Sequence record: OR062527
Reading direction: 5' to 3' (one strand)
DNA: 64,000 nt
Source: Escherichia phage vB_EcoM_11B_SA_NWU
In this document: one piece after another, positions 19,152-37,908 of the stretch
How the letters are laid out: every line of letters begins with the position of its first letter
Numbering within the stretch: the first letter of the stretch is position 1
Program-made: the position numbers and the translations under genes
Notes under the pieces: generated by a model
The model's database searches: none
Seen by the model: the letters and a program-made list of their open reading frames with translations, nothing else
Told to the model about the DNA's origin: nothing

Positions 19152-20148
19152 TTCAAGTGTTATCTATCGTGCGATAGTTACTTCAAAATTTAGAACAGAA
19201 AAAATGTTGAATTTTTATAATTCAATTGGAAGTGGTCAGGATAAAAACACTATCTTTATCACATTTGGAAGATCAGAACCGTGGTCATCAAACGAAAATG
19301 AGGTGGGATTTGCCCCACCTTATCCAACCGATTCTGTATTAGGTGTAACTGATATGTGGACGCATATGATGGGAACAGTAAAGGTTCTTCCATCTATGCT
19401 TGATGCAGTTATTCCTCGTCGAGATTGGGGAGATACTAGATATCCGGATCCATACACATTTAGAATTAACGATATTGTAGTGTGTAACTCAGCTCCTTAC
19501 AACGCTACTGAATCAGGCGCAGGCTGGTTAGTATATCGTTGTTTAGATGTTCCTGATACCGGAATGTGTTCAATAGCATCTTTAACTAATAAGGATGAAT
19601 GTCTTAAATTAGGTGGAAAATGGACTCCTTCTGCTAGGTCAATGACTCCTCCTGAAGGCCGAGGAGATGCTGAAGGAACAATTGAACCTGGCGATGGATA
19701 TGTATGGGAATATCTTTTTGAGATTCCGCCTGATGTATCTATAAATAGATGTACGAATGAGTATATTGTAGTTCCTTGGCCTGAGGAATTAAAAGAAGAC
19801 CCGACTAGATGGGGGTATGAAGATAATCTCACTTGGCAGCAAGATGATTTTGGATTAATTTACCGTGTTAAGGCAAATACTATCCGTTTTAAAGCATATT
19901 TAGATTCAGTTTATTTTCCTGAAGCTGCATTGCCGGGAAATAAAGGATTTAGACAAATATCAATAATTACGAATCCTCTTGAAGCTAAAGCTCATCCAAA
20001 TGACCCAAATGTTAAAGCTGAAAAGGATTATTATGATCCGGAAGATTTAATGAGGCATTCGGGCGAAATGATTTATATGGAAAATAGGCCACCTATTATT
20101 ATGGCAATGGATCAGACAGAAGAAATCAATATTCTGTTTACATTTTAA
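19144..20148 (+). CDS. 8: baseplate wedge protein gp8
   Basis: 334 aa, synteny; terminator hairpin downstream. Confidence 0.8.
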   Translation: MNDSSVIYRAIVTSKFRTEKMLNFYNSIGSGQDKNTIFITFGRSEPWSSNENEVGFAPPYPTDSVLGVTDMWTHMMGTVKVLPSMLDAVIPRRDWGDTRYPDPYTFRINDIVVCNSAPYNATESGAGWLVYRCLDVPDTGMCSIASLTNKDECLKLGGKWTPSARSMTPPEGRGDAEGTIEPGDGYVWEYLFEIPPDVSINRCTNEYIVVPWPEELKEDPTRWGYEDNLTWQQDDFGLIYRVKANTIRFKAYLDSVYFPEAALPGNKGFRQISIITNPLEAKAHPNDPNVKAEKDYYDPEDLMRHSGEMIYMENRPPIIMAMDQTEEINILFTF

Positions 20149-20153
20149 ATTAA

Positions 20154-20178
20154 GGGAGCCCATGGGCTCCCTTTTTCT
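20154..20178 (+). terminator. terminator hairpin after gp8
   Basis: GGGAGCCCATGGGCTCCC palindrome followed by TTTTT. Confidence 0.65.
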
Positions 20179-20179
20179 T

Positions 20180-20187
20180 TATAAATA
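20180..20187 (+). promoter_or_regulatory. late promoter TATAAATA (gp9)
   Basis: exact consensus upstream of gp9 ATG. Confidence 0.6.
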
Positions 20188-20211
20188 CTATAAACTCATA
20201 AGGAAACCGCT

Positions 20212-21078
20212 ATGTTCATTCAAGAACCAAAGAAATTGATTGATACCGGCGAAATTGGTAACGCTTCTACTGGTGATATCTTATTCGACGGTGGTAATAA
20301 AATTAATAGTGATTTTAACGCAATTTATAACGCGTTTGGCGATCAACGTAAAATGGCAGTAGCAAATGGCACTGGAGCAGATGGTCAAATTATCCATGCT
20401 ACTGGATATTATCAAAAACACTCTATTGCAGAATATGCAACTCCAGTAAAAGTTGGCACTAGGCATGATATTGATACCTCTACTGTAGGTGTTAAAGTTA
20501 TCATTGAAAGAGGCGAACTTGGCGACTGCGTTGAATTTATTAACTCAAATGGATCAATATCAGTTACTAATCCTTTAACGATTCAAGCTATTGATTCAAT
20601 TAAAGGCGTTTCAGGTAATTTAGTAGTAACTAGTCCATATAGTAAAGTTACCTTACGTTGTATTTCATCTGATAATTCTACGTCGGTTTGGAATTATTCT
20701 ATTGAAAGTATGTTTGGTCAAAAGGAATCACCTGCTGAAGGTACATGGAATATTTCTACATCTGGATCAGTTGACATTCCACTATTTCATCGCACTGAAT
20801 ACAATATGGCTAAATTGCTAGTTACGTGCCAATCAGTAGATGGAAGAAAAATTAAAACAGCAGAAATAAATATTCTTGTGGATACTGTTAATTCAGAAGT
20901 TATTTCTTCTGAGTATGCTGTCATGCGAGTTGGAAATGAAACGGAAGAAGACGAAATCGCTAATATTGCATTTAGTATTAAAGAAAATTACGTAACGGCG
21001 ACTATAAGTTCTTCAACTGTCGGTATGAGAGCAGCAGTTAAAGTTATCGCTACGCAGAAAATCGGGGTGGCTCAATAA
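20212..21078 (+). CDS. 9: baseplate protein gp9 (long tail fiber socket)
   Basis: 288 aa; late promoter TATAAATA at 20180. Confidence 0.8.
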   Translation: MFIQEPKKLIDTGEIGNASTGDILFDGGNKINSDFNAIYNAFGDQRKMAVANGTGADGQIIHATGYYQKHSIAEYATPVKVGTRHDIDTSTVGVKVIIERGELGDCVEFINSNGSISVTNPLTIQAIDSIKGVSGNLVVTSPYSKVTLRCISSDNSTSVWNYSIESMFGQKESPAEGTWNISTSGSVDIPLFHRTEYNMAKLLVTCQSVDGRKIKTAEINILVDTVNSEVISSEYAVMRVGNETEEDEIANIAFSIKENYVTATISSSTVGMRAAVKVIATQKIGVAQ

Positions 21079-22883
21079 TGAAACAAAATATTAATATCGG
21101 TAATGTTGTAGATGATGGTACCGGTGACTACCTGCGTAAAGGTGGTATAAAAATAAATGAAAACTTTGATGAGCTTTATTATGAACTCGGTGATGGTAAT
21201 GTTCCATATTCAGCCGGTGCCTGGAAAACTTATAATGCTTCATCTGGGCAAACATTAAAAGCTGAATGGGGAAAATCATACGCTATTAATACTTCGTCTG
21301 GAAGAGTAACACTGCAACTTCCTAAAGGAACTGTTAATGATTATAATAAAGTAATTAGAGCTAGGGATGTATTTGCAACATGGAATGTTAATCCAGTTAC
21401 TTTAGTAGCCGCTTCTGGTGATACTATCAAAGGATCATCGTCATCGGTTGAAATTAACGTTCAATTTAGTGATTTAGAGCTAGTTTATTGCGCTCCGGGT
21501 CGTTGGGAATATGTCAAAAATAAACAAATTGACAAAATTATTAGTTCAGACATTAGCAATGTAGCTCGTAAAGAATTTTTAGTCGAAGTTCAAGGACAAA
21601 CAGACTTTTTAGATATTTTCCGTGGAACTAGTTATAATGTTAATAACATCAGAGTAAAACACCGCGGTAACGAATTGTATTACGGCGATGTTTTTAGCGA
21701 AAACAGTGACTTTGGCTCTCCAGGGGAAAATGAAGGAGAATTGGTTCCTCTTGATGGATTTAATATTAGATTAAGACAGCCTTGTAATATTGGTGACACT
21801 GTTCAAATTGAAACATTTATGGATGGTGTATCGCAGTGGAGAAGTTCATACACAAGACGTCAAATAAAAGTATTAGATTCAAAATTAACATCAAAAACTT
21901 CTTTGGAAGGAAGTATTTACGTTACTGATTTATCGACAATGAAATCAATTCCATTCTCCGCATTTGGATTAATTCCAGGAGAACCTATTAATCCTAATTC
22001 TCTTGAAGTTCGTTTTAATGGAATTTTACAACAACAAGCTGGAACAGCCGGATATCCTCTGTTTTTATGTGAAGGCGCTAATTCAGATACACAAGAAGGA
22101 TGTATATCTCTTGGTGGTGAATGGAAAGAATCAAACACAGATTATTCTATAGAATATGAAGATGGAAAACCGATCAGTCTTTTATTTGATAGAAAATTTG
22201 AATCAGGTGATATAATCGTTATAACATGGTTCAATAATGATTTAGGAACTCTTTTGGAAAAAGATGACATCATTGAATTAACTGATGAACGCTATGTTAG
22301 CAAAGGATCATCTACTGAAGTTACTGGTGACGTAGCCTTAACTGATTTTGATAAAATCGGTTGGCCAAATGTTGAAAAAGTTGATTCTTATACTAGAACA
22401 TATAATTCAATATCATCTATTTTCGATAGCATTTATCCCATTGGTTCAATTTATGAAAATGCTATAAACCCAAATAATCCGGTGACTTATATGGGATTTG
22501 GTTCATGGAAATTATTTGGTAAAGGACAAGTTTTAGTAGGATGGAATGATGATGTTACGGATCCAAACTTTGCATTAAATAACAATGATTTAGATTCTAG
22601 CGGAAATCCTTCGCATACTGCCGGTGGAACAGTTGGAACAACATCAGTGACACTTGAGAACGCAAATCTTCCTGCGACTAAAACTGATGAAAAAGTTTTA
22701 ATTGAAGATGAAAACGGATCAGTTATTATTGGAGGTTGCCAATATGACCCAGATGAAACTGGTCCTATATATACAAAATATCGTGAAGACTACGCAACAA
22801 CAAACTCTTCACATACTCCTCCTGCTAATATTAGTAATATTCAACCGTCTATTACTGTATACCGTTGGATAAGGATTGCATAA
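21078..22883 (+). CDS. 10: baseplate protein gp10
   Basis: 601 aa, synteny. Confidence 0.8.
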   Translation: MKQNINIGNVVDDGTGDYLRKGGIKINENFDELYYELGDGNVPYSAGAWKTYNASSGQTLKAEWGKSYAINTSSGRVTLQLPKGTVNDYNKVIRARDVFATWNVNPVTLVAASGDTIKGSSSSVEINVQFSDLELVYCAPGRWEYVKNKQIDKIISSDISNVARKEFLVEVQGQTDFLDIFRGTSYNVNNIRVKHRGNELYYGDVFSENSDFGSPGENEGELVPLDGFNIRLRQPCNIGDTVQIETFMDGVSQWRSSYTRRQIKVLDSKLTSKTSLEGSIYVTDLSTMKSIPFSAFGLIPGEPINPNSLEVRFNGILQQQAGTAGYPLFLCEGANSDTQEGCISLGGEWKESNTDYSIEYEDGKPISLLFDRKFESGDIIVITWFNNDLGTLLEKDDIIELTDERYVSKGSSTEVTGDVALTDFDKIGWPNVEKVDSYTRTYNSISSIFDSIYPIGSIYENAINPNNPVTYMGFGSWKLFGKGQVLVGWNDDVTDPNFALNNNDLDSSGNPSHTAGGTVGTTSVTLENANLPATKTDEKVLIEDENGSVIIGGCQYDPDETGPIYTKYREDYATTNSSHTPPANISNIQPSITVYRWIRIA

Positions 22884-23542
22884 TGAGTTTACTTAATAAT
22901 AAAGCGGGAGTTATTTCCCGCTTAGCAGATTTTCTTGGTTTTAGAACTAAGAAAAATGATATTTCGGTTATGAATAATCAGCCGGTAGGTGCTGTAACAA
23001 TTTCACAAATAGCAAAAGGTTTTTATGACCCAAATGTAGAATCTGCTATCAATGATGTTAGAAATATGGCAGAGCAACAGGTTGGAGCTGTATTAGTTAA
23101 TATAAGTGGCGTATCTCCTACCGGCGTGCAGCAAACAGACTATTGGTCATTTGAAGGAACTGTTACTGATACTTCAGCCAAACCAGGTGACCCAGTTATT
23201 GTTAATATGTTTGGCATTCCTGTTAAAGCTACTAATGGAATGACTTCAATCGAATTTACCAGTGCCGTTAGAACAGCTCTGCAGGAAATGGTTGCAAAAT
23301 TTATCGCAATTGATTCATTTGAAGACCATCCTACCATAGGAAATAAAATACAAGTTAAGTATTTAGATAACCAAGAACATATCTTAGAACAATACTCTGA
23401 TAAAGGAATTACTTTCAAACAGGAAATAATTTCTCCTTCTAAACCTGGGTATGGAACTTGGCAATTATTAGGTGCGCAAACTGTTACGCTAGATAGTCAC
23501 ACCCAACCTACAGTATTTTATTATTTTGAGAGAATAGCATGA
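22883..23542 (+). CDS. 11: baseplate protein gp11 (short tail fiber attachment); TAATG overlap with gp10
   Basis: 219 aa from [10 protein letters not shown]... Confidence 0.8.
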   Translation: MSLLNNKAGVISRLADFLGFRTKKNDISVMNNQPVGAVTISQIAKGFYDPNVESAINDVRNMAEQQVGAVLVNISGVSPTGVQQTDYWSFEGTVTDTSAKPGDPVIVNMFGIPVKATNGMTSIEFTSAVRTALQEMVAKFIAIDSFEDHPTIGNKIQVKYLDNQEHILEQYSDKGITFKQEIISPSKPGYGTWQLLGAQTVTLDSHTQPTVFYYFERIA

Positions 23543-25089
23543 GTAACAATACATATCAGCACGTATCAAATGAATCAAAATACGTTAAATTCGATCCTGC
23601 AGGATCGAATTTTCCTGACACTGTCACGACAGTGCAGTCAGCATTATCAAAAATAAGTAATATCGGCGTAAATGGTATTCCTGATGCAACTATGGAAGTT
23701 AAAGGAATAGCAATGATTGCATCGGAGCAAGAGGTTTTAGATGGAACTAATAATTCTAAAATCGTTACACCAGCTACATTAGCAACAAGATTATTGTATC
23801 CAAATGCTACTGAAACTAAATATGGATTAACGCGCTATTCAACAAATGAAGAAACTTTAGAAGGCTCAGATAATAATTCATCAATAACGCCGCAAAAACT
23901 GAAATACCATACTGACGATGTATTCCAAAATAGGTATTCATCTGAATCATCAAATGGAGTTATTAAAATATCATCTACTCCTGCGGCTTTGGCTGGTATA
24001 GATGATACTACGGCGATGACTCCGTTGAAAACCCAAAAACTCGCAATAAAATTAATTTCGCAAATAGCTCCTTCAGAAGACACAGCATCAGAATCTGTTA
24101 GAGGTGTAGTTCAGTTATCAACTGTCGCTCAAACTCGTCAAGGAACTCTCCGCGAAGGATATGCAATTTCTCCGTATACCTTTATGAATTCTGTTGCAAC
24201 ACAAGAATATAAGGGTGTTATACGTTTAGGAACACAATCAGAAATTAACAGTAATTTGGGAGATGTTGCAGTAACAGGTGAAACATTAAATGGTCGAGGA
24301 GCTACCGGTTCTATGCGTGGGGTAGTAAAATTAACGACGCAAGCCGGTATTGCCCCTGAAGGTGATAGCTCTGGAGCATTAGCATGGAACGCAGATGTAA
24401 TTAATACTCGCGGTGGACAAACTATTAATGGTTCTTTAAATTTAGATCATTTAACAGCAAATGGAATTTGGTCGCGCGGCGGAATGTGGAAAAATGGCGA
24501 TCAACCTGTTGCCACTGAAAGATATGCGTCCGAAAGGGTTCCAGTTGGAACTATTATGATGTTTGCTGGAGATTCAGCTCCTCCTGGTTGGATTATGTGT
24601 CATGGTGGAACCGTGTCAGGAGATCAATATCCTGATTATAGAAACACAGTTGGAACGAGATTTGGTGGCGATTGGAATAATCCTGGCATTCCTGATATGC
24701 GAGGTCTTTTCGTCAGAGGAGCTGGTACTGGTGGTCATATTTTAAATCAACGAGGGCAAGATGGTTACGGGAAGGATAGACTTGGTGTAGGATGTGACGG
24801 AATGCATGTTGGCGGTGTTCAAGCACAACAGATGTCATACCATAAACATGCTGGTGGTTGGGGAGAATACCAAAGACATGAAGCTCCATTTGGCGCGTCC
24901 GTTTATCAAGGATATCTTGGAACTAAAAAATATGCCGACTGGGATAATGCTTCATACTTCACTAATGATGGATTTGAATTAGGTGGACCGAGAGATGCCC
25001 TTGGTACACTTAATCGTGAAGGATTAATTGGTTATGAAACTAGACCATGGAATATATCATTAAACTATATTATTAAAATTCATTACTAA
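23539..25089 (+). CDS. 12: short tail fiber gp12
   Basis: 516 aa, repeat-rich fiber sequence, synteny. Confidence 0.85.
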   Translation: MSNNTYQHVSNESKYVKFDPAGSNFPDTVTTVQSALSKISNIGVNGIPDATMEVKGIAMIASEQEVLDGTNNSKIVTPATLATRLLYPNATETKYGLTRYSTNEETLEGSDNNSSITPQKLKYHTDDVFQNRYSSESSNGVIKISSTPAALAGIDDTTAMTPLKTQKLAIKLISQIAPSEDTASESVRGVVQLSTVAQTRQGTLREGYAISPYTFMNSVATQEYKGVIRLGTQSEINSNLGDVAVTGETLNGRGATGSMRGVVKLTTQAGIAPEGDSSGALAWNADVINTRGGQTINGSLNLDHLTANGIWSRGGMWKNGDQPVATERYASERVPVGTIMMFAGDSAPPGWIMCHGGTVSGDQYPDYRNTVGTRFGGDWNNPGIPDMRGLFVRGAGTGGHILNQRGQDGYGKDRLGVGCDGMHVGGVQAQQMSYHKHAGGWGEYQRHEAPFGASVYQGYLGTKKYADWDNASYFTNDGFELGGPRDALGTLNREGLIGYETRPWNISLNYIIKIHY

Positions 25090-25098
25090 GGATTACAA

Positions 25099-26556
25099 AT
25101 GATTGAATTAAAAGATTTACCTTTTGTTGATAGCGTTCCTGACGAAGGTCAGGAGCGTATTTCATGGATTAAAAATGGTGAAGAAATACTAGGAGCTAGT
25201 ACTAAGTATGGAAACGATGGATCAATGAATAGACCAACTGTGTCCGTATTTAAAAATGTTGAGGTTCTTGATGAAAATATAGGAATTCTTAAAACTGCCG
25301 TTGAAACATCACAGGAAGATATTAAAACAATTCAAGGCATTTTGGATGTATCTGGAGATATCGAAGCACTATCACAGATTAGCGTTAATAAAAATGACAT
25401 ATCAAATTTAAAGACGCTTACGAATGAACACACTGATATATTAAATGGTACAAATGCCACTGTTGACCGCATTCTTTCTGATATAGGTCCATTTAATGAA
25501 CATGCAAATTCAGTTTATAGAACAGTTCGAAATGATTTGTTATGGATTAAAAGAGAATTAGGGCAATATGCTGGACAAGATATTAATGGTCTTCCTGTTG
25601 TAGGAAATAGCAGCACGGGTATGAAGCACCGTATCATTAATAATACAGATGCTATAACTTCCCAAGGAATACGTCTAAGTGATTTGGAAGAAAAATTTAT
25701 TGAATCTGATGTAGGTTCACTGACAATTGAAGTTGGAAATCTTAGACAAGAACTTGGGCAAAGACCATCTTCATTTAGTGAAAGTATATATTCACGTGTG
25801 CATAATTTAGATCAATCGCAGATTAATCTTAGTTCCGAAATTAAATCTATCAAAACTTCTATTGGATATCCAGGAAATACTTCAATAATCACAGATGTCA
25901 ATGTCAATAGTCAAGAAATTTCAGCTTTAAATGATGAACTAAATAAAAGTGGCGGCGTTAAACAGCGATTAACTGTTATTGAAACATCGATTGGTTCAGA
26001 TGATATTCCTTCTAGTATTAAAGGTCAAATTAAAGATAATACCACTTCTATTGAATCTTTAAATGGAATTGTAGGTGAAAACACCTCGTCCGGTTTAAGA
26101 GCTAACGTTTCATGGCTAAATCAGATAGTTGGAACTGATTCTAGCGGAGGTCAACCTTCTCCTCCGGGGTCTCTTTTAAATAGAGTTTCAACTGTTGAAA
26201 CCTCTGTTAATAGACTTAACAATGATGTTCAAAACTTACAGGTTGAAATTGGTAATAACAATTCCGGAATTAAAGGGCAAGTTGTAACACTAAATAAATT
26301 AGTAAATGGAACAAATCCGAATGGTTCAACTGTCGAAGAACGCGGATTGACTAATTCAATAAAAGCTAATGAGACTAACATTTCTTCAATTAATCAAGAG
26401 ATTCGTAGTATTAAAGGTAATGTGTCCTCATTACAGAGGGATGTCCAGACTTTACAAGAAGCTGGTTATATTCCTGAAGCTCCAAAAGATGGTCAAGCTT
26501 ACGTTCGTAAAGACGGCGAATGGGTATTGCTTTCTACCTTTTTATCACCAGCATAA
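25099..26556 (+). CDS. wac: fibritin (whisker) Wac
   Basis: coiled-coil heptads; C-terminal foldon [27 protein letters not shown]. Confidence 0.9.
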   Translation: MIELKDLPFVDSVPDEGQERISWIKNGEEILGASTKYGNDGSMNRPTVSVFKNVEVLDENIGILKTAVETSQEDIKTIQGILDVSGDIEALSQISVNKNDISNLKTLTNEHTDILNGTNATVDRILSDIGPFNEHANSVYRTVRNDLLWIKRELGQYAGQDINGLPVVGNSSTGMKHRIINNTDAITSQGIRLSDLEEKFIESDVGSLTIEVGNLRQELGQRPSSFSESIYSRVHNLDQSQINLSSEIKSIKTSIGYPGNTSIITDVNVNSQEISALNDELNKSGGVKQRLTVIETSIGSDDIPSSIKGQIKDNTTSIESLNGIVGENTSSGLRANVSWLNQIVGTDSSGGQPSPPGSLLNRVSTVETSVNRLNNDVQNLQVEIGNNNSGIKGQVVTLNKLVNGTNPNGSTVEERGLTNSIKANETNISSINQEIRSIKGNVSSLQRDVQTLQEAGYIPEAPKDGQAYVRKDGEWVLLSTFLSPA

Positions 26557-26587
26557 CATGGGGCCGCAAGGCCCTAAAGGATTTTAA

Positions 26588-28289
<1,702 letters not shown>

Positions 28290-28330
28290 TAAATATTATA
28301 AACTAATTAAAGCCCAGATTAGGAGAAATC

Positions 28331-31468
<3,138 letters not shown>

Positions 31469-31499
31469 ATATATTAAAGCATATTAAAGAGGATTAAAA

Positions 31500-33479
31500 A
31501 TGACTTTATTATCTCCGGGCATTGAGCTCAAAGAAACTACGGTTCAAAGCACCGTGGTTAATAACTCTACTGGTACAGCAGCTTTGGCCGGTAAATTCCA
31601 GTGGGGTCCTGCTTTTAAGATTAAACAGGTTACAAATGAAGTAGATTTAGTTAATACTTTTGGTCAACCAACCGCTGAAACTGCTGACTATTTTATGTCT
31701 GCGATGAATTTCTTGCAGTACGGAAATGACTTACGAGTAGTTCGTGCTGTTGATAGAGATACCGCTAAAAACTCATCTCCGATTGCTGGTAATATTGAAT
31801 ACACAATTTCTACCCCAGGTAGTAACTATGCAGTTGGAGATAAAATCACGGTCAAATATGTTTCAGATGATATTGAAACTGAAGGTAAAATTACTGAAGT
31901 AGACGCAGATGGAAAAATTAAGAAAATTAATATTCCTACTGCAAAAATTATCGCTAAAGCAAAAGAAGTCGGTGAATATCCAACATTAGGTTCTAACTGG
32001 ACTGCAGAAATTTCTTCATCTTCTTCCGGTTTAGCTGCAGTAATAACTCTTGGAAAAATTATTACTGATTCCGGTATTTTATTAGCTGAAATCGAGAGCG
32101 CTGAAACTGCTATGACAGCAGTTGATTTTCAGGCAAATCTTGAAAAATATGGAATTCCAGGAGTAGTAGCTCTCTATCCAGGCGAATTAGGCGATAAAAT
32201 TGAAATTGAAATCGTATCTAAAGCTGACTATGCGAAAGGCGCTTCTGCATTACTCCCAATTTATCCAGGTGGTGGTACTCGTGCATCTACTGCTAAAGCG
32301 GTGTTTGGATACGGACCACAAACTGATTCACAGTACGCTATTATAGTTCGTCGTAATGATGCTATTGTTCAAAGCGTTGTTCTTTCAACTAAGCGTGGCG
32401 AAAAAGATATTTACGATAGTAACATCTATATCGATGACTTTTTCGCAAAAGGCGGCTCAGAATATATTTTTGCAACTGCACAAAACTGGCCAGAAGGCTT
32501 CTCTGGAATTTTAACTCTGTCTGGTGGATTATCATCAAATGCTGAAGTAACAGCAGGAGATTTGATGGAAGCTTGGGACTTCTTTGCTGACCGTGAATCT
32601 GTTGACGTTCAACTGTTTATTGCGGGTTCTTGTGCTGGTGAATCTTTAGAAACAGCATCTACTGTCCAAAAACACGTCGTTTCAATTGGTGATGCTCGCC
32701 AGGATTGCTTAGTATTGTGCTCACCACCGCGTGAAACTGTAGTTGGAATTCCTGTAACCCGTGCTGTTGATAACTTAGTCAATTGGAGAACTGCAGCAGG
32801 TTCATACACTGATAATAACTTTAATATCAGTTCAACCTACGCAGCAATCGATGGCAACTACAAATATCAGTATGACAAATATAATGATGTGAATCGTTGG
32901 GTTCCATTAGCAGCTGATATTGCTGGTTTATGCGCGAGAACCGATAACGTTTCTCAGACTTGGATGTCTCCAGCTGGTTATAATCGTGGCCAGATTCTTA
33001 ACGTTATTAAACTTGCTATTGAAACTCGCCAGGCTCAGCGCGACCGTTTATACCAAGAAGCTATCAACCCGGTAACTGGTACAGGTGGTGATGGTTACGT
33101 ATTGTATGGTGATAAAACAGCTACTTCTGTTCCTTCTCCATTTGATCGTATTAACGTTCGTCGTCTGTTTAATATGTTGAAAACGAATATCGGACGTAGT
33201 TCAAAATATCGTTTGTTCGAATTAAACAATGCGTTTACTCGTTCTTCATTCCGTACAGAAACTGCTCAGTACTTGCAAGGAATTAAAGCTCTTGGCGGAA
33301 TTTATGAATATCGTGTAGTTTGCGATACAACAAATAACACTCCGTCAGTAATTGATAGAAATGAGTTTGTTGCAACATTCTACATCCAACCGGCGCGCAG
33401 TATAAATTATATCCAGCTTAACTTCGTTGCGACTGCTACTGGTGCAGATTTCGATGAGTTAACTGGTCTTGCTGGTTAA
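31500..33479 (+). CDS. 18: tail sheath protein gp18
   Basis: 659 aa, synteny. Confidence 0.9.
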   Translation: MTLLSPGIELKETTVQSTVVNNSTGTAALAGKFQWGPAFKIKQVTNEVDLVNTFGQPTAETADYFMSAMNFLQYGNDLRVVRAVDRDTAKNSSPIAGNIEYTISTPGSNYAVGDKITVKYVSDDIETEGKITEVDADGKIKKINIPTAKIIAKAKEVGEYPTLGSNWTAEISSSSSGLAAVITLGKIITDSGILLAEIESAETAMTAVDFQANLEKYGIPGVVALYPGELGDKIEIEIVSKADYAKGASALLPIYPGGGTRASTAKAVFGYGPQTDSQYAIIVRRNDAIVQSVVLSTKRGEKDIYDSNIYIDDFFAKGGSEYIFATAQNWPEGFSGILTLSGGLSSNAEVTAGDLMEAWDFFADRESVDVQLFIAGSCAGESLETASTVQKHVVSIGDARQDCLVLCSPPRETVVGIPVTRAVDNLVNWRTAAGSYTDNNFNISSTYAAIDGNYKYQYDKYNDVNRWVPLAADIAGLCARTDNVSQTWMSPAGYNRGQILNVIKLAIETRQAQRDRLYQEAINPVTGTGGDGYVLYGDKTATSVPSPFDRINVRRLFNMLKTNIGRSSKYRLFELNNAFTRSSFRTETAQYLQGIKALGGIYEYRVVCDTTNNTPSVIDRNEFVATFYIQPARSINYIQLNFVATATGADFDELTGLAG

Positions 33480-33573
33480 TACGGTGCATTCTAAAGGCCT
33501 GTTTCGACAGGCCATATAAATACACTATATCCTTAATTCTTTAATTCTATATGCCCTAGGTTAAACATAGGGA

Positions 33574-33581
33574 TATAAATA
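33574..33581 (+). promoter_or_regulatory. late promoter TATAAATA (gp19); second copy at 33515-33522
   Basis: exact consensus 22 nt upstream of ATG. Confidence 0.6.
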
Positions 33582-33595
33582 CTACAGAGGCTAAT

Positions 33596-34087
33596 ATGTT
33601 TGTAGATGATGTAACACGAGCGTTTGAATCTGGTGATTTTGCTCGACCTAACTTATTCCAAGTAGAGATTTCTTATCTTGGCCAAAATTTTACGTTCCAA
33701 TGTAAAGCTACTGCTTTACCAGCTGGTATTGTAGAAAAAATTCCAGTCGGATTTATGAACCGTAAAATTAATGTGGCAGGTGATCGTACATTCGATGACT
33801 GGACTGTTACAGTAATGAACGATGAGGCACATGATGCTCGTCAGAAGTTTGTTGATTGGCAAAGCATTGCTGCTGGGCAAGGAAACGAAATTACTGGTGG
33901 AAAACCCGCAGAGTATAAAAAGAGCGCTATTGTTCGCCAATATGCTCGTGACGCTAAAACAGTAACAAAAGAAATTGAAATTAAAGGTCTATGGCCTACT
34001 AACGTGGGTGAACTTCAATTAGATTGGGATTCAAACAACGAAATCCAAACATTTGAAGTAACTCTTGCTCTCGATTATTGGGAATAA
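33596..34087 (+). CDS. 19: tail tube protein gp19
   Basis: 163 aa; late promoter TATAAATA at 33574. Confidence 0.9.
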   Translation: MFVDDVTRAFESGDFARPNLFQVEISYLGQNFTFQCKATALPAGIVEKIPVGFMNRKINVAGDRTFDDWTVTVMNDEAHDARQKFVDWQSIAAGQGNEITGGKPAEYKKSAIVRQYARDAKTVTKEIEIKGLWPTNVGELQLDWDSNNEIQTFEVTLALDYWE

Positions 34088-34092
34088 AATGA

Positions 34093-35744
<1,652 letters not shown>

Positions 35745-35745
<1 letters not shown>

Positions 35746-35987
35746 TGGAAGGTTTAATTGAAGCTATTAAATCAAACGACCTCGTAGCCGCTCGTAAATT
35801 ATTTGCTGAAGCCATGGCTGCAAGAACGACTGATTTAATTAAAGAAGAAAAAATCACTATCGCTCGTAATTTCTTAATCGAAGGTGAAGAACCTGATGAC
35901 GAGGATGAAGATGACGACGAAGATAGCGATGATGATAAAGACGACAAAAAAGACAAAGACTCTGACGAAGACGAGGATGATGAATAA
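35745..35987 (+). CDS. 67: prohead core protein gp67
   Basis: 80 aa with acidic C-terminal tail. Confidence 0.7.
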
Positions 35988-36412
35988 TGATTCTAATCCC
36001 TGAAACTCATGAATTAGTTCTCGAGAATGTCGAAGCACTTATTCCTGAAGCACAGGGTCGCTTTGACGAGTTGTCTTCTGCTTTAAATAAAGACGATATA
36101 AATACAATTATCGAGAATATGCTTGATGATGAAACCGATTTAGCGATTGCATTAGCTTCTATTAATGAAAATATGCCGTTAAATGAATTCATCGTTAAAC
36201 ATGTTTCTGCCCGTGGTGAAATTACTCGCACTAAAGATCGCAAAACCCGCGAACGTAATGCATTTCAAACTACCGGGTTGTCTAAAGCAAAACGTAGACA
36301 AATTGCTCGTAAAGCTACCAAAACGAAGATTGCCAATCCAGCAGGTCAATCTCGTGCTCAGCGTAAGCGTAAAAAAGCTCTCAAACGCCGTAAAGCATTA
36401 GGATTAAGCTAA
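35987..36412 (+). CDS. 68: prohead core protein gp68
   Basis: 141 aa basic C-terminus, synteny. Confidence 0.7.
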   Translation: MILIPETHELVLENVEALIPEAQGRFDELSSALNKDDINTIIENMLDDETDLAIALASINENMPLNEFIVKHVSARGEITRTKDRKTRERNAFQTTGLSKAKRRQIARKATKTKIANPAGQSRAQRKRKKALKRRKALGLS

Positions 36413-37050
36413 TGAATGAACCCCAATTGCTAATTGAAACTTGGGGTCAACCTGGCGAAATTATTGATGGTGTACCAATGCTTGAATCTCACGATGGGAA
36501 AGACTTAGGTTTAAAACCTGGTTTATACATCGAAGGAATATTCATGCAAGCAGAAGTCGTCAATAGAAATAAACGTCTTTATCCAAAACGTATATTAGAA
36601 AAAGCGGTAAAAGACTATATTAATGAGCAAGTTTTAACTAAACAAGCTCTCGGAGAATTAAATCATCCTCCACGCGCTAATGTTGACCCGATGCAAGCCG
36701 CTATCATTATAGAAGATATGTGGTGGAAAGGAAATGACGTATACGGACGAGCTCGTGTTATTGAAGGTGACCATGGTCCTGGAGATAAATTAGCAGCTAA
36801 TATTCGTGCCGGATGGATTCCAGGAGTTTCTTCTCGTGGATTAGGTTCATTGACTGACACAAATAAAGGTTATCGTATCGTAAACGAAGGATTCAAATTA
36901 ACTGTAGGTGTTGATGCAGTATGGGGTCCAAGTGCTCCAGATGCATGGGTAACTCCTAAGGAAATTACTGAATCACAGACGGCGGAAGCCGATACAAGTG
37001 CCGATGACGCCTATATGGCTCTCGCAGAGGCCATGAAAAAAGCGTTATAA
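36412..37050 (+). CDS. 21: prohead protease gp21
   Basis: 212 aa, synteny between 68 and 22. Confidence 0.85.
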   Translation: MNEPQLLIETWGQPGEIIDGVPMLESHDGKDLGLKPGLYIEGIFMQAEVVNRNKRLYPKRILEKAVKDYINEQVLTKQALGELNHPPRANVDPMQAAIIIEDMWWKGNDVYGRARVIEGDHGPGDKLAANIRAGWIPGVSSRGLGSLTDTNKGYRIVNEGFKLTVGVDAVWGPSAPDAWVTPKEITESQTAEADTSADDAYMALAEAMKKAL

Positions 37051-37080
37051 ATATTATTATCTAAACAACAGGACTACAAA

Positions 37081-37890
37081 ATGCTTAAAGAACAACTGAT
37101 TGCTGAAGCGCAGAAAATTGATGCTTCCGTTGCTCTTGATAGTATTTTCGAATCAGTTAATATTTCTCCGGAAGCAAAAGAAACTTTCGGCACTGTATTC
37201 GAAGCTACCGTCAAGCAGCACGCCGTTAAATTAGCTGAATCTCATATCGCTAAAATTGCTGAAAAAGCAGAAGAAGAAGTAGAAAAAAATAAAGAAGAAG
37301 CAGAAGAAAAAGCTGAGAAGAAAATCGCTGAGCAAGCTTCTAAATTCCTTGACCATCTTGCGAAAGAATGGCTCACTGAAAATAAATTGGCAGTAGATAA
37401 AGGCATTAAAGCCGAACTGTTTGAATCCATGCTTGGCGGATTGAAAGAGCTCTTCGTTGAACACAACGTTGTTGTTCCAGAAGAATCAGTTGATGTTGTA
37501 GCTGAAATGGAAGAAGAACTGCAAGAACATAAAGAAGAATCAGCTCGTCTGTTCGAAGAACTCAATAAGCGTGACGCATATATCAATTATGTGCAGCGTG
37601 AAGTGGCATTGAGCGAAAGTACTAAAGATCTGACTGAGTCTCAAAAAGAAAAAGTCTCTGCTCTGGTCGAAGGTATTGATTATTCAGATGCATTCTCAAG
37701 CAAATTGAGTGCCATCGTAGAAATGGTGAAGAAATCTAATAAAGATGAAAGCACTATTACTGAGAGTATAAATACTCCTGATACTGAAGCAGCCGGACTG
37801 AATTTCGTCACTGAAGCTGTAGAAGATAAATCTGCACAAGGTGCAGAAGATATTGTAAGTGTATATGCGAAAGTCGCATCTCGTTTCTAA
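37081..37890 (+). CDS. 22: prohead scaffold core protein gp22
   Basis: 269 aa acidic helical scaffold-like. Confidence 0.8.
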   Translation: MLKEQLIAEAQKIDASVALDSIFESVNISPEAKETFGTVFEATVKQHAVKLAESHIAKIAEKAEEEVEKNKEEAEEKAEKKIAEQASKFLDHLAKEWLTENKLAVDKGIKAELFESMLGGLKELFVEHNVVVPEESVDVVAEMEEELQEHKEESARLFEELNKRDAYINYVQREVALSESTKDLTESQKEKVSALVEGIDYSDAFSSKLSAIVEMVKKSNKDESTITESINTPDTEAAGLNFVTEAVEDKSAQGAEDIVSVYAKVASRF

Positions 37891-37908
37891 TTTTAAAGGT
37901 TAACACAA

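Noticed and set aside
37231-37586. Two minus-strand ORFs inside gp22
   Set aside because: Antisense to the scaffold gene, low-complexity translations with no start signals.
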